NCBI GenBank assembly: GCA_046545575.1
Contig: JBKGZM010000004.1
Coordinates: 2,521 to 66,520 of the forward strand
DNA: 64,000 bases
Direction: 5' to 3'
Origin: Dehalococcoidia bacterium
Lineage (GTDB): Bacteria; Chloroflexota; Dehalococcoidia; SZUA-161; SpSt-899
Shown here: piece after piece, positions 18,278 to 28,652 of the stretch
How positions within the stretch are numbered: the stretch's first letter is position 1
Layout: the number at the start of each line of letters is the position of its first letter
Notes under the pieces: model-generated
What the model was told of the DNA's origin: nothing
Seen by the model: the letters and a program-made list of their open reading frames with translations, nothing else
Database searches by the model: none
Made by a program: the position numbers and the translations under genes

Positions 18278-19429
18278 ATGAAGAACACCATAGTATCAAC
18301 CCTCAGTGAAAATATTGTTGAGCGTGTAGAGCATTTTTCTGCATCCAGAAAGACGCCGCACCTTGTGATGGATACGCATACGATCCGGGATAAATTCAAA
18401 CAGTGCCAGTCCGCCTTAGGCGGACTTGACAGCCACAAGCAGACACGCTTGTTCTACGCGGTCAAAACGAATTCCCACAAGCGCATCGTGGATATCATGG
18501 ACGAGCTGGGGGCTGATTTTGAGGTGTCCTCGGAAGGCGAATTGCGGCCGTTGCTCAAGCGCGGTATATCGCCGCAAAGGATTATATCCAGCAATCCTAT
18601 CAAGAGTATTCCGTTTATTCAAGAGGCTTACGAGGCAGGCGTGGAATACTTTGCCTTCGACTCCGACGACGAAATCGACAAGCTGGAAAAGTTCGCCCCC
18701 GGCAGCAATGTCTACGTCCGGCTGGTCGTCTCCAACAAGGGCAGCCAGTGGCCTCTGGAGAGGAAGTTCGGTGTGGAAACGGAGGAGGCTGTCAGACTGC
18801 TCGTGAAGGCTTCTGAACGCGACCTCAATCCCTGCGGTATAGCGTTTCATGTCGGCTCGCAGTGTATCGATGAGAGTTCGTGGGTTGAGGCGATACGGAA
18901 AAGCAGACAAGTGTGGGACATGGCAAGGGAAGAAGGGGTGGAACTGACCATGCTGAACCTGGGAGGTGGATTCCCCATTGAATATAGGACCGACTCCATC
19001 CCCACATGCAGTCGCATTGGAGAGGAGATAAACAGGACACTAAACGAGGAGTTCCCTGAAGGCGTCGAGGTCTTCGTCGAACCCGGCCGGGCCTTCGTCG
19101 GCGAAGCGGGTGTTCTCGTGGCCACCGTTATCGCCAAGGCCAAACGCGACGGACAGGACTGGGTTTACCTGGATATCGGCGTTTTCAATGGCCTGATGGA
19201 AAGCGTTGGCGGTATCGATTACCCGGTCATGCTCAACAGGGATGCTCCGCTGGGTAAATACGTGCTGGCAGGACCCGCCTGTGACAGCTTCGATGTTATC
19301 TCAAACGAGGTCGTTATGCCCGAGCCTGAAATCGGCGATAGGGTATACATTCCATCCGCAGGGGCCTATACCACCGCATACGCATCTCGCTTCAACGGTT
19401 TCCCTGTCCCAAAGACCTACTTTATCTGA
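18278..19429 (+). CDS. type III PLP-dependent ornithine/lysine decarboxylase
   Basis: FYAVKTN (PLP Lys), KFG, FHVGSQ, NLGGGFP, EPGR, GPACDSFD, GAYT; start at ATG 18278. Confidence 0.9.
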   Translation: MKNTIVSTLSENIVERVEHFSASRKTPHLVMDTHTIRDKFKQCQSALGGLDSHKQTRLFYAVKTNSHKRIVDIMDELGADFEVSSEGELRPLLKRGISPQRIISSNPIKSIPFIQEAYEAGVEYFAFDSDDEIDKLEKFAPGSNVYVRLVVSNKGSQWPLERKFGVETEEAVRLLVKASERDLNPCGIAFHVGSQCIDESSWVEAIRKSRQVWDMAREEGVELTMLNLGGGFPIEYRTDSIPTCSRIGEEINRTLNEEFPEGVEVFVEPGRAFVGEAGVLVATVIAKAKRDGQDWVYLDIGVFNGLMESVGGIDYPVMLNRDAPLGKYVLAGPACDSFDVISNEVVMPEPEIGDRVYIPSAGAYTTAYASRFNGFPVPKTYFI

Positions 19430-21237
19430 GATTCTTCCTGCAGCAACTGCAAATGCAGTTCCTCCCGCTGCTCCGGAGAGACGATGTCCGGGGAGTTGGT
19501 CATGAGATCAGCAGCGGTCTTCGTCTTGGGGAAAGCGATGACCTCACGGATATTTTCCTCGCCCGCTAGCAGCATCACAAAGCGGTCGATACCGGGTGCA
19601 ATCCCGCCATGAGGCGGTGCCCCGAAATCCAAAGCATCCAGTAAATGCCCGAACCGCTCAGTGATTTGTTCATCGGTGTATCCCAGCAGACTGAATATCT
19701 TCCGCTGTAGCTGTCCATCGTGAATCCTGATCGAGCCGCTGGAAAGCTCGAATCCATTGCATACGAAGTCGTAGTGCTTGGACCTGGCCTTGCCGGGGTC
19801 CGCATCTAGCAGAGGGATATCCTCATCCTGGGGAGCGGTAAAGGGATGATGCATTGACTCCCATTTATTGTTCTCTTCGTCCCACTCCATCATGGGGTAA
19901 TCCTGAATGAAACAGAAGACCATGCGATTCGGGTCCTGCAAGCCGAGTCTGCCGCCCATCTCAAGGCGAAGCTGGCTCAGGGCCGCATTCACAACCGATT
20001 CCTTATCCGCCACCAGGAGAATAAGGTCGCCGACGCCGGCGTTTAACCGCCTCGCGATCTCCCTTAACTCCTCGATGGAGAAGAACTTGGTAACCGCCGA
20101 GCGGACCTTTTCCGGAGTGAGGTCATCCAGCGTTTCCCCGCTTTCACCTTCCAGAGCCATGGTAACCAGCCCTTTGGCCCCACGCTCTCTGACGAAATCC
20201 ACCAGCTCAGCTTGCTGCTTCCTCGAATAATTCGCACAGCCGGGGGCTGCAAAGCCTTTAACTATCCCGCCGCTGGCGATCGTGCTCCGGAAGACCTCGA
20301 ACCCAGAGTCGGCAACGAGGTCGGACACATCCGCCATCTCCAGTCCGAAGCGCAGATCGGGCTTGTCCGTGCCGTACTTCGCCATTGTCTCGGCATAGGA
20401 GAGCCGGAGGAACGGTTTCGTCATCTCGACGTCCGGCCTGACCTCTTCCGTCACAGCGGTGAAGAGTTCCTCCATTAATCTCAGGATATCCTCTTCCTCA
20501 ACGAAGCTCATCTCCAGATCAAGCTGGGTAAACTCGGGCTGGCGGTCGGCACGCTGGTCCTCGTCGCGGAAGCACCGGGCGATCTGGAAGTACTTCTCGA
20601 ATCCCGAAACCATGAGGAGCTGTTTGAGCTGCTGGGGCGACTGTGGCAGGGCGTAGAATTTGCCGGGATAAAGGCGGCTGGGCACAAGGTAGTCCCGTGC
20701 TCCCTCAGGCGTGCTTTTGAGAAGTATCGGGGTTTCGATCTCGACGAATCCCCTGACATCCAGGAAGTCCCGCATGAACTTGATAACACGGTGACGGAGG
20801 AAGACGTTGCTCTTCATCCGGGGTCGACGCAGATCAAGGTAGCGGTATTTGAGCCGGATGCTCTCGTCGATCTCGGAGTCGTCGTCGAGGGGGAAGGGCA
20901 TGGGTTTGGAGACGTTAAGTATCCGGACTTCCCTTACACTCAGTTCTATCTCTCCGGTGGAGAGTTTGGGATTCTCCGTGCCTTCGGGGCGTCTAGAGAC
21001 CTCGCCGGTCACCGAGAGAACGTATTCGCCGCGTGCTTTGTCGGCTGTCCTGTGTCCTTCCCCGGTTACCTGCGGGTCAAAGACGACCTGTAGCAGTCCG
21101 GTCTGATCTCGAAGGTCGATAAATATCAGTCCACCGTGGTCCCTTCGTCGATTCACCCACCCCGCCACACTCACCCTCTCCCCGATGTGAGCGCTGTTCA
21201 GCTCACCACAATTGCGGTCTCTGTATTTATTAGCCAT
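19417..21237 (-). CDS. aspS: aspartate--tRNA ligase
   Basis: RRDHGG, STPEGARDY, FRDED, DRQPEFTQLD and GAPPHGG motifs. Confidence 0.97.
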   Translation of the reverse strand: MANKYRDRNCGELNSAHIGERVSVAGWVNRRRDHGGLIFIDLRDQTGLLQVVFDPQVTGEGHRTADKARGEYVLSVTGEVSRRPEGTENPKLSTGEIELSVREVRILNVSKPMPFPLDDDSEIDESIRLKYRYLDLRRPRMKSNVFLRHRVIKFMRDFLDVRGFVEIETPILLKSTPEGARDYLVPSRLYPGKFYALPQSPQQLKQLLMVSGFEKYFQIARCFRDEDQRADRQPEFTQLDLEMSFVEEEDILRLMEELFTAVTEEVRPDVEMTKPFLRLSYAETMAKYGTDKPDLRFGLEMADVSDLVADSGFEVFRSTIASGGIVKGFAAPGCANYSRKQQAELVDFVRERGAKGLVTMALEGESGETLDDLTPEKVRSAVTKFFSIEELREIARRLNAGVGDLILLVADKESVVNAALSQLRLEMGGRLGLQDPNRMVFCFIQDYPMMEWDEENNKWESMHHPFTAPQDEDIPLLDADPGKARSKHYDFVCNGFELSSGSIRIHDGQLQRKIFSLLGYTDEQITERFGHLLDALDFGAPPHGGIAPGIDRFVMLLAGEENIREVIAFPKTKTAADLMTNSPDIVSPEQREELHLQLLQEESQIK

Positions 21238-21313
21238 CGTGGTTGATTATAGCGGAAGCCGAACACGGTTTGCAATTTTGGGGGCATCATCGCTGATCCG
21301 CTGGCCCTAACTC

Positions 21314-21366
21314 GTCATTGCGAGGCTTGTCCCGAGCATCAGCGAGGGAACTCAACGAAGCAATCT
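21314..21366. repeat. gtcattgcgag...cgaagcaatc REP-like element
   Basis: Imperfect inverted ends gtcattgcg / cgaagcaatc in an intergenic region. Confidence 0.5.
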
Positions 21367-21456
21367 GTTTATCAAGAGGACAGATGAAGGCCTATCCCAG
21401 GATCATCATGTAAGATAAATTTGCCCCAGCGCCTGGTACATACAAAATGTCGATGC

Positions 21457-21996
21457 TTAATCAAGTATCCCGCGCTCGCGCAATTCCTCTTCCACCCTAT
21501 TATAGAAACGGAAGAATTCTTCCACCGAAAGGATCCGTTCACTTGTTTTATCCGTTTTACCCGTTATCCTATGTCTCCTAATATAGGCCCCACACCTCGG
21601 GCATTCCACATCCATGAAGGTGGTACCTGCTTGATTAGTTTCGGCAGTGTCTGCTTTGAGCTTATACAGGACTATTGATGAAGGCCTACATTTCGGGCAC
21701 GTATGCTTGTGAATGAACCAATCTCTGTCTTCCATGCTCCGCGTCTTTGATTCCACAAGCCATCTCCCTAAATTCGTCAACTCGAGCAAAGAGTCCACTT
21801 CTCTGATCAGGCCAACTCCCATCCCTTTCATGATCCACTTATTGTAGGTATTAGTGTGCCAACTGTAGTCTGCGAAAATCTTTTTCCCCACGAGCAGTTC
21901 ACGAAGTTTTTTCCGGGTGAGACGCCCAGCTTTAAACAACTCAAGCATGAACAACGTCTCATGCTTATATTCACCGATTCCTGCTATTTGCGCCAT
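21457..21996 (-). CDS. hypothetical protein, possible winged-helix plus Zn-ribbon
   Basis: 179-aa ORF, RBS aagggg; CPKC and CPRC pairs; ELTNLGR wing-like motif. Confidence 0.65.
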   Translation of the reverse strand: MAQIAGIGEYKHETLFMLELFKAGRLTRKKLRELLVGKKIFADYSWHTNTYNKWIMKGMGVGLIREVDSLLELTNLGRWLVESKTRSMEDRDWFIHKHTCPKCRPSSIVLYKLKADTAETNQAGTTFMDVECPRCGAYIRRHRITGKTDKTSERILSVEEFFRFYNRVEEELRERGILD

Positions 21997-22154
21997 AACA
22001 ATCCCCTTCTGTTTCCCGAGTGAACATGGCTATAACTTTTTGGCACAATACTACCTCATTTGCCTCCATAGGGCAATGATTTCCACTAAGCTGAGCCTAC
22101 CTCGAGAGGGAAAACCCTCCCTCGTGTTTTACACGAAATCTCCGTGCCGGAGCC

Positions 22155-22862
22155 CTACTTCCTCCCCACCGGGATTATGTAAAGAGGCTCCTCGCTCTCC
22201 GAGAGTTCCAGAAGCCACCTCACCTGAGAATCCTGGAACGCACCAACAGTTACCATTCCCAGATCGAGGGCTGTAGTTTGAAGGTACAGGTTCTGAGCGG
22301 CATGCCCCGCCTCCATACGCGCATATCTTACGCCTCTCTCGCCGTACTTCTGGGTTGTTCTCCGGTAAACGGCGCTGATCACGATGTCGATAGCGCCCTT
22401 CTTAACCCACTCCTGGTCCAGGGCAGCTTCGGCCAATTCATCCTGCAAATCATCCTTCACAAGCAGCGCCAGACCGTGTTCCTCCGGTGCATACCTGTAG
22501 AGTCCGTCATCCAGGCCCTCAACATTCCCCACGACCACATACACCTCAAGCGGATAGAGAGCTCCCGCTGACGGAGCCGTACGACCGCCCCATTCAGCCG
22601 TTATACCCTGAGCAGACCAGACCAGCTGGGCAACCTCCTCAAGCGTCAACGGCTCGCCAGTGTATTCCCTGACCGACCTCCTCCCAACTAGCGCCTCCTC
22701 CAACGAGACCTCACTGTCCTGTCTGGGGTCGGGGAGTTCCACCGTGGAGATCGGCGTCTTCGACGGCGGCTCAGGTGCGGAGTCCGAGACTGACAAAGGG
22801 CTAACACAGCCAGCGGATAGGGAAAGAAGAACTACGAGTACAATGAGATAATATCGCTTCAT
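22155..22862 (-). CDS. SagB/ThcOx-like nitroreductase-family protein with lipoprotein signal
   Basis: RRSVREY, RTAPSAGALYPLEVY, EAGHAAQN; start ATG 22862 with LSAGC lipobox. Confidence 0.88.
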   Translation of the reverse strand: MKRYYLIVLVVLLSLSAGCVSPLSVSDSAPEPPSKTPISTVELPDPRQDSEVSLEEALVGRRSVREYTGEPLTLEEVAQLVWSAQGITAEWGGRTAPSAGALYPLEVYVVVGNVEGLDDGLYRYAPEEHGLALLVKDDLQDELAEAALDQEWVKKGAIDIVISAVYRRTTQKYGERGVRYARMEAGHAAQNLYLQTTALDLGMVTVGAFQDSQVRWLLELSESEEPLYIIPVGRK

Positions 22863-22971
22863 AACAACCCCCTTCTTAATTCGCCTGCGGCGGATTCCTC
22901 GTATAAATATTGTATCAAATCCCCTGCGGGTTGGAATCTGCTTCGAAGGTTGTCTATAATAGGGAAATGTA

Positions 22972-23205
22972 ATGGCAGCTTTCGATTCACTTGGTAAGCT
23001 TCTGGTTATGGCCGGGACCTTCATACTGCTTCTGGGACTTCTCCTTATATTCTGGAACAAGATCCCGTTTCTCGGCAACCTCCCGGGTGATATCTTTATT
23101 CAAAAAGGTAATTTCCGTTTCTTCTTCCCGGTGGTAACATGCCTGGTCATAAGCGCTTTGCTTACCTTCCTGATTAATGTTCTTCCAAGGTTACTTGGCA
23201 AATAG
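22972..23205 (+). CDS. DUF2905-like small membrane protein
   Basis: LGNLPGDI...FFFPVVTCLVISALLT pattern. Confidence 0.8.
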   Translation: MAAFDSLGKLLVMAGTFILLLGLLLIFWNKIPFLGNLPGDIFIQKGNFRFFFPVVTCLVISALLTFLINVLPRLLGK

Positions 23206-23210
23206 AGGGG

Positions 23211-23675
23211 GTGAACACATTGAGAATAGGCGTCATTTCCGACACGCATGCACGGTCTTTGGAGAACATTCCGTCGCAAGTGAAAGCCAGGATGGAAGAA
23301 GTCGACCTAATAGTTCACGCCGGGGATTTCACAGAGGCAAAAGTGGTAGAAGGACTCCGGGGCTTTGGGGACATGAGAGCTGTCGCAGGGAACATGGACT
23401 CCCCCGAGGTAAAGGAAATGCTGCCTTCATGGGATATATTTGAAGCCAACGGGAAAAGGATCGGTGTAACGCACGGTTCCGGAGGCCCCTATGACCTGCA
23501 CGAAAGGGTCCGGCAAATGTTCGATGATGTGGATATAATCATATTCGGCCACTCCCACATGCCATTCAACGAGGTGCTGGATGGATGCCTCCTCTTCAAT
23601 CCGGGACGCGCCATGAAATCATACGGCATCCTGACCATCGAAGAGGAAGTGAAGTCCGAGATCATTAAGATATAG
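23211..23675 (+). CDS. YfcE-family metallophosphoesterase
   Basis: ISDTH, HAGD, GNMD, THG, GHSH and NPG motifs. Confidence 0.9.
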   Translation: MNTLRIGVISDTHARSLENIPSQVKARMEEVDLIVHAGDFTEAKVVEGLRGFGDMRAVAGNMDSPEVKEMLPSWDIFEANGKRIGVTHGSGGPYDLHERVRQMFDDVDIIIFGHSHMPFNEVLDGCLLFNPGRAMKSYGILTIEEEVKSEIIKI

Positions 23676-23689
23676 AGGAGGAAGCAACA

Positions 23690-25060
23690 ATGCCCAAAGC
23701 AACCCCGCAGGAACTGACGATGGACAAGCTCGTTTCGCTGTGCAAGCGGCGGGGATTTATATTTCAGTCGAGTGAGATCTACGGCGGTCTCTCCTCATGC
23801 TGGGACTACGGTCCGCTGGGAGTGGAACTCAAGAACAACGTCAAAGCCGCCTGGTGGCAATCAGTGGTCAAAGAGCGAGACGACATGGTCGGGCTTGACT
23901 CAGCGATCCTGATGCACCCCCAGGTATGGGTAGCCAGCGGCCACGTTAACACATTTGCCGACCCACTCGTGGAGTGCAAGAACTGCAAAAAGCGATGGAA
24001 GGCCGATGATCTGGACAGCAATGTGTGCCCCGAATGCGGCGGCGAACTCAGCGACCCGCGCATGTTCAATCTTTTGTTCAAGACCCACATGGGCCCGGTC
24101 GAGGATGACGCCGCGGAAATCTATCTGCGCCCGGAGACCGCACAGGGCATCTTCGTTAATTTCCAGAATGTACTCAACTCCACCAGAAAAAAGCTCCCAT
24201 TCGGAATCGCGCAGATCGGGAAGTCCTTCCGCAATGAAATCACCCCCGGCAATTTTGTCTTCCGTACGAGGGAGTTCGAGCAAATGGAGATCGAGTACTT
24301 CGTCAAGCCAGGCACCGACGACGAATGGTTCGAGCACTGGGTCCAGGAGCGCCTCAACTGGTACCTCAATCTGGGCATAAGAAGGGAAAATCTGCGGCTA
24401 CGACCGCATGAGTCAGATGAGCTTGCGCATTACGCCCGCAGTTGCACCGATGTAGAATATCAGTTCCCCATTGGGTGGTCGGAGTTGGAGGGAATCGCCA
24501 ATCGCACCGACTTCGATCTCACTCAACATGCAAATTTGAGCGGGGAGAAGCTTTCCTATTTCGACGAACAAACGCAGGAACACTACATACCATACGTGAT
24601 CGAACCGTCAGCCGGCGTGGACCGGTCAGCCCTCGCATTCCTCACCGACGCCTATGAGGAGCAGTTGGACGACAAGGGCGACATCCGTGTCGTGTTACAT
24701 TTCCATCCTTCACTGGCCCCCGTCAAGGTAGCAATCCTCCCACTGAGCAAGCACGAAAAGCTGGTACCACTGGCAGAGGAAGTATATTCCAACCTTCGCC
24801 GCGAGTCGATGGTGCAATACGATACCGCACAGAGCATAGGAAGGCGGTACCGCAGACAAGACGAGATCGGGACTCCTTTCTGCGTGACCATTGATTTCCA
24901 GTCGCTGGAGGACAATCAGGTCACCGTCCGCGACCGCGACTCCATGCGGCAAATCAGGGTCCCGATCCCCGAACTCAAGGGATGCCTGAGCAATAAGCTG
25001 GCCGGCGAAGCATTTGAGGTCCTGCCACCCGGCGGCAGTTACCAGCTGGGGTTCGATTGA
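23690..25060 (+). CDS. glyQS: glycine--tRNA ligase (homodimeric GlyQS type)
   Basis: [37 protein letters not shown] and [14 protein letters not shown] motifs. Confidence 0.96.
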   Translation: MPKATPQELTMDKLVSLCKRRGFIFQSSEIYGGLSSCWDYGPLGVELKNNVKAAWWQSVVKERDDMVGLDSAILMHPQVWVASGHVNTFADPLVECKNCKKRWKADDLDSNVCPECGGELSDPRMFNLLFKTHMGPVEDDAAEIYLRPETAQGIFVNFQNVLNSTRKKLPFGIAQIGKSFRNEITPGNFVFRTREFEQMEIEYFVKPGTDDEWFEHWVQERLNWYLNLGIRRENLRLRPHESDELAHYARSCTDVEYQFPIGWSELEGIANRTDFDLTQHANLSGEKLSYFDEQTQEHYIPYVIEPSAGVDRSALAFLTDAYEEQLDDKGDIRVVLHFHPSLAPVKVAILPLSKHEKLVPLAEEVYSNLRRESMVQYDTAQSIGRRYRRQDEIGTPFCVTIDFQSLEDNQVTVRDRDSMRQIRVPIPELKGCLSNKLAGEAFEVLPPGGSYQLGFD

Positions 25061-25111
25061 TGAATCAGTTCACTAATAAATAAGATGAGGTCTTGCGTGA
25101 AATAGTAAATT

Positions 25112-25192
25112 CCCCCCTCACTCTAACTCTCTCCCACCAGGAGAGAGAGAAATTCCCTCTTCCTTGACGGAAGAGGATTAAGGTGAGGGTGA
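25112..25192. repeat. REP-like composite palindrome
   Basis: ccctcactctaactctctccc...cctcttccttgacggaagaggattaaggtgaggg nested inverted repeats. Confidence 0.6.
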
Positions 25193-25246
25193 CAGACATC
25201 CGCCTTTGGCGGATTGGTTTCCGGCTCGCCGGGAGAGGAGAAGGTC

Positions 25247-25570
25247 ATGGCAATCGCGGAGATAAGCGTTGTCCCGATAGGAACAAAGACCCCTTCACTG
25301 AGCAAGTACGTAGCACGGGTCTTGCAGGTCCTGCAGGATCAGAAAGAGGTAACCTACGAGCTAACCGCGATGGGAACCATCCTGGAAGGTGACCTGGACA
25401 AAGTCATGAAGCTCATACAAAAGATGCATGAAAGCGCTTTTAGCGATGAGATTGCACGAGTTGTAACCACGATAAAAATCGACGACCGCCGGGATAAGGT
25501 CTCGACAAGAGACAGCAAGATTAAATCGGTGGAAAAGGAATTAGGGCAAACAGAGAGGAGAAGTCAATGA
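25247..25570 (+). CDS. MTH1187/YkoF-family thiamine-binding protein
   Basis: AEISVVPIG, LTAMGTILEG, IKIDDRRDK; start ATG 25247 after RBS gaggag. Confidence 0.88.
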   Translation: MAIAEISVVPIGTKTPSLSKYVARVLQVLQDQKEVTYELTAMGTILEGDLDKVMKLIQKMHESAFSDEIARVVTTIKIDDRRDKVSTRDSKIKSVEKELGQTERRSQ

Positions 25571-27477
25571 CGGAACATTCAGTAGTATTTCAACCCTCCG
25601 GGAATCGAGGAAATATCCAGGAGGGGAAAACGATCATGGAGGCGGCAAGAGAACTGGGAGTGGGCTTGCAGAGCATCTGCGGGGGCCACCAAACCTGCGG
25701 TAAGTGCAAAGTAAAGATTCAGGATCATCATACATACTATGAAACCGGCAAGAAGGACCAGCAGCGGGTCTCACCGCCGACCGATAAGGAGACGGAGCTT
25801 CTCGGCGAAGATGCAATCTCAGAAGGATATCGACTCGCCTGCGCGACTCACGTCCTCGGAGACCTGACCATCGATGTTCCTCCCGAGACTCGCGTCAGCC
25901 AGGAAACGATCAGCAAGACCGCTACACAGAAAGCCGTTACACTCAAGACCGCGGTAAGGAAACTATATCTTGAGGTACCCGAGCCCAAGCTCGGTGACTC
26001 CCAAGGAGACTGGGAAAGAGTCGCTGGAGAACTGGAAGGGCGTTTCGGTCTCACGGACTTAACCGCCGACTATGAGGCACTATCCACACTCCCGAAGGCC
26101 CTCCGCGACGGCAATTGGAAAGTTACTGTCACTTTGTTTATAGAGAAGAGAGTCATAAAAGTAGAGCCCGGACTTGTGGAAACCGCCTTTGGAGTGGCTT
26201 TGGATGTGGGCACTACCACACTGGCAGGCTACCTATGCGACCTGGCCACAGGGGAAATCGTGGCCACCGAAGCCCGTAGCAATCCCCAGATAAGCTATGG
26301 TGAGGACGTCATATCCCGTATCACCCACACTGTGCATTCCAAAAAGGGGCTAAAGGAACTCAGAAGCTGCCTCTTCGATTCACTAAACGATCTTGTAAAG
26401 GAACTATGTAACCAGGCGAACATCACTCGCAAAGACATCATCGACGCCACGATAGTGGGCAACACCGCCATGCACCATATCTTTCTCAATCTCGATCCTC
26501 AACACTTAGCATCCTCCCCTTTTACTCCGGTTCTCCAGGGGCCCATGGATATGAATGCCCGGGATTTTGGACTAGCGATATGCCCTGGGGCCAATGTGCA
26601 TACATTGCCTGTTGAGGCGGGCTTTGTAGGGGCGGACAACGTGGCAGTGGTCATCGCTGAGGAGCCCTACAACCAGGATGAAATGATGCTCGTTATCGAT
26701 GTCGGGACAAACGGCGAGCTGGTTCTGGGCAACAGGGAAAGACTCCTTTCCGCTTCCTGCGCTACCGGTCCGGCCTTCGAGGGCGCTCACATCAAGTTCG
26801 GAATGAGAGCCGCCAGAGGAGCAATCGAGAGCATAAAAATCGACCCGGAGACCTACGAGGTCAGGTTCAAGGTAGTTGGAGACGACCGATGGAATGACCA
26901 GGACCCTCAAGTCAAAGCCACAGGCATATGCGGTTCCGCCATAATCGACGCCACCGCCGAGATGCTGCGCGCGGGGATCATAAATCCCAGGGGAGCATTC
27001 CACAAGAATATTTCCAATTCCAGGATGTTATATAATAAGAAGGAGGCTGAGTTCGTTATCGCCTGGGCAGATGAGACAGACCTGGGCCACGATATCACAG
27101 TTTGCCAGAACGATATCCGCTCGATGCAACTGGGAAAGGGGGCACTGCTCTCAGGGGCCAATCTGCTGATGAGACAGATGGGTATAGAGAGTGTGGACAA
27201 GGTAATCCTGGCCGGCTCATTCGGACTCCACATCGACAGGCAGAATGCTCTGGATATGGGGCTATTTCCCGAGGTCGATGCTGAAGCAGTATACTCCACA
27301 GGCAATGCCGCCGGAGAAGGGGCAAGACTGGCGCTCTTGAACACCGACAAGCGGAAAGAGGCAGCCGACATCGCCCGGCGGATAGAATACATGGAGCTGA
27401 GCCTCGAATCCGACTTCCAGAAGGAATTCGTCCAGGCGATGATTTTCCCCACACCACAGGAGGCAAAACCCGGGTAG
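25567..27477 (+). CDS. RACo/AcsV-type corrinoid reductive activator (2Fe-2S plus ASKHA ATPase)
   Basis: CGGHQTCGKC...RLAC N-terminal 2Fe-2S; DVGTTT, DVGTNGE, ATGPAFEG and GICGS motifs. Confidence 0.9.
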   Translation: MTEHSVVFQPSGNRGNIQEGKTIMEAARELGVGLQSICGGHQTCGKCKVKIQDHHTYYETGKKDQQRVSPPTDKETELLGEDAISEGYRLACATHVLGDLTIDVPPETRVSQETISKTATQKAVTLKTAVRKLYLEVPEPKLGDSQGDWERVAGELEGRFGLTDLTADYEALSTLPKALRDGNWKVTVTLFIEKRVIKVEPGLVETAFGVALDVGTTTLAGYLCDLATGEIVATEARSNPQISYGEDVISRITHTVHSKKGLKELRSCLFDSLNDLVKELCNQANITRKDIIDATIVGNTAMHHIFLNLDPQHLASSPFTPVLQGPMDMNARDFGLAICPGANVHTLPVEAGFVGADNVAVVIAEEPYNQDEMMLVIDVGTNGELVLGNRERLLSASCATGPAFEGAHIKFGMRAARGAIESIKIDPETYEVRFKVVGDDRWNDQDPQVKATGICGSAIIDATAEMLRAGIINPRGAFHKNISNSRMLYNKKEAEFVIAWADETDLGHDITVCQNDIRSMQLGKGALLSGANLLMRQMGIESVDKVILAGSFGLHIDRQNALDMGLFPEVDAEAVYSTGNAAGEGARLALLNTDKRKEAADIARRIEYMELSLESDFQKEFVQAMIFPTPQEAKPG

Positions 27478-27507
27478 AAGCGTGATGCCCAAAATACTTT
27501 CGAGGAA

Positions 27508-28113
27508 GTGTTTATGCAGGATGAAACAGAAGGTAAAAACAGACTCATAGAGGTACTAAGCAACCGATTCCCTGAAGAAGCTACTGAGCTGGGTACTCTC
27601 CTCCACCACGCATACCAAGCAGGCACCATAACCTATGACGACATAAACCTCGACCCCACAACAAAAGAGGATATAATCCTTATCGCTTCCCAGGCTAGGA
27701 TGGTCGTGCCCCTGGGCACAGCCCCTGCATGGGAAGACAGGGTATTGATGTTCGACAGCCACGAGACCTATCACATGCCAAAGGTCGTACGGATTCTCGT
27801 GCAGATGGCCGAGGAAGAAGGAAAATGGCAACCTGAAACTGCGGAGGACCAATGCCTCCGAGAAGCTGGAGAACCCAACATTTCCAAGGTATTGAACTAT
27901 CTCAGTATGATCAAGACTATATCTCCTGACTGCCGGATATCGCTTGAGGTAATGGACTCGTTAAGGGGAGAACTCGGCATAAGTCTCCAGTTTCATAAGC
28001 TCCTCGACGAACTTGTCCAATGTGGCATAATGAGCACATACAGCAGAAAGTCTCTGTTCCGAGGTACCCCCCAATACGAGGTAAACGCTTCACTCTATTG
28101 GGCTGCACCATAA
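27508..28113 (+). CDS. hypothetical protein
   Basis: 201-aa ORF with RBS gagga, in operon context. Confidence 0.6.
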   Translation: MFMQDETEGKNRLIEVLSNRFPEEATELGTLLHHAYQAGTITYDDINLDPTTKEDIILIASQARMVVPLGTAPAWEDRVLMFDSHETYHMPKVVRILVQMAEEEGKWQPETAEDQCLREAGEPNISKVLNYLSMIKTISPDCRISLEVMDSLRGELGISLQFHKLLDELVQCGIMSTYSRKSLFRGTPQYEVNASLYWAAP

Positions 28114-28220
28114 AGAAGGCGGGGATTTAATCCCCACCCTACTGTAACAGACTTGTCATCTGGGAAGAAAGCTATTAGAATATGTAATGCCAAATAAACT
28201 CTTAAAGGAGGTTTTACTGA

Positions 28221-28487
28221 ATGGCCTACAAGATCACAGACGAGTGTATCAGCTGCGGAGCCTGTGAAGACGAATGCAAGAATGGTGCGATATCCGAAGG
28301 GGAAGATATTTATGTAATCGACCCTAATAAGTGCACCGAATGTGTGGGCTGGTTTGAGTCTCCCAAATGTGCTGAGGTATGCCCTGTAGATGCCACAGTA
28401 CCTGACCCGGACCATCAAGAGAGCCGAGAAGAGCTTCTTGAGAAATGGAAGAAGCTACATCCGGGTGAGACCCCGGAAGTAACCTAG
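28221..28487 (+). CDS. YfhL-like 2x[4Fe-4S] ferredoxin
   Basis: [11 protein letters not shown] and CTECVG...CAEVCP; RBS aaggagg. Confidence 0.93.
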   Translation: MAYKITDECISCGACEDECKNGAISEGEDIYVIDPNKCTECVGWFESPKCAEVCPVDATVPDPDHQESREELLEKWKKLHPGETPEVT

Positions 28488-28652
28488 AAGATATTTCAGA
28501 GAAGCAAATGCACCGCGGGAGCGGTCTCCTTCAGGGAAATCGCTCCCGCAAATATGCTTATCCGATAAGCTCAGCTTAACTGGAACATATCGATAGTTAG
28601 AAGTCAAACCAGCAAGCCGATAGAGAAAGAAGGATCTAAGAAAGAGTGACCA

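Noticed and set aside
22155-22862. RiPP (azole) biosynthetic cluster suggested by the SagB-like gene and NHLP-like domains
   Set aside because: No YcaO, precursor core peptide or transporter is nearby; the NHLP-like domains are >24 kb away and tied to the FDH operon.
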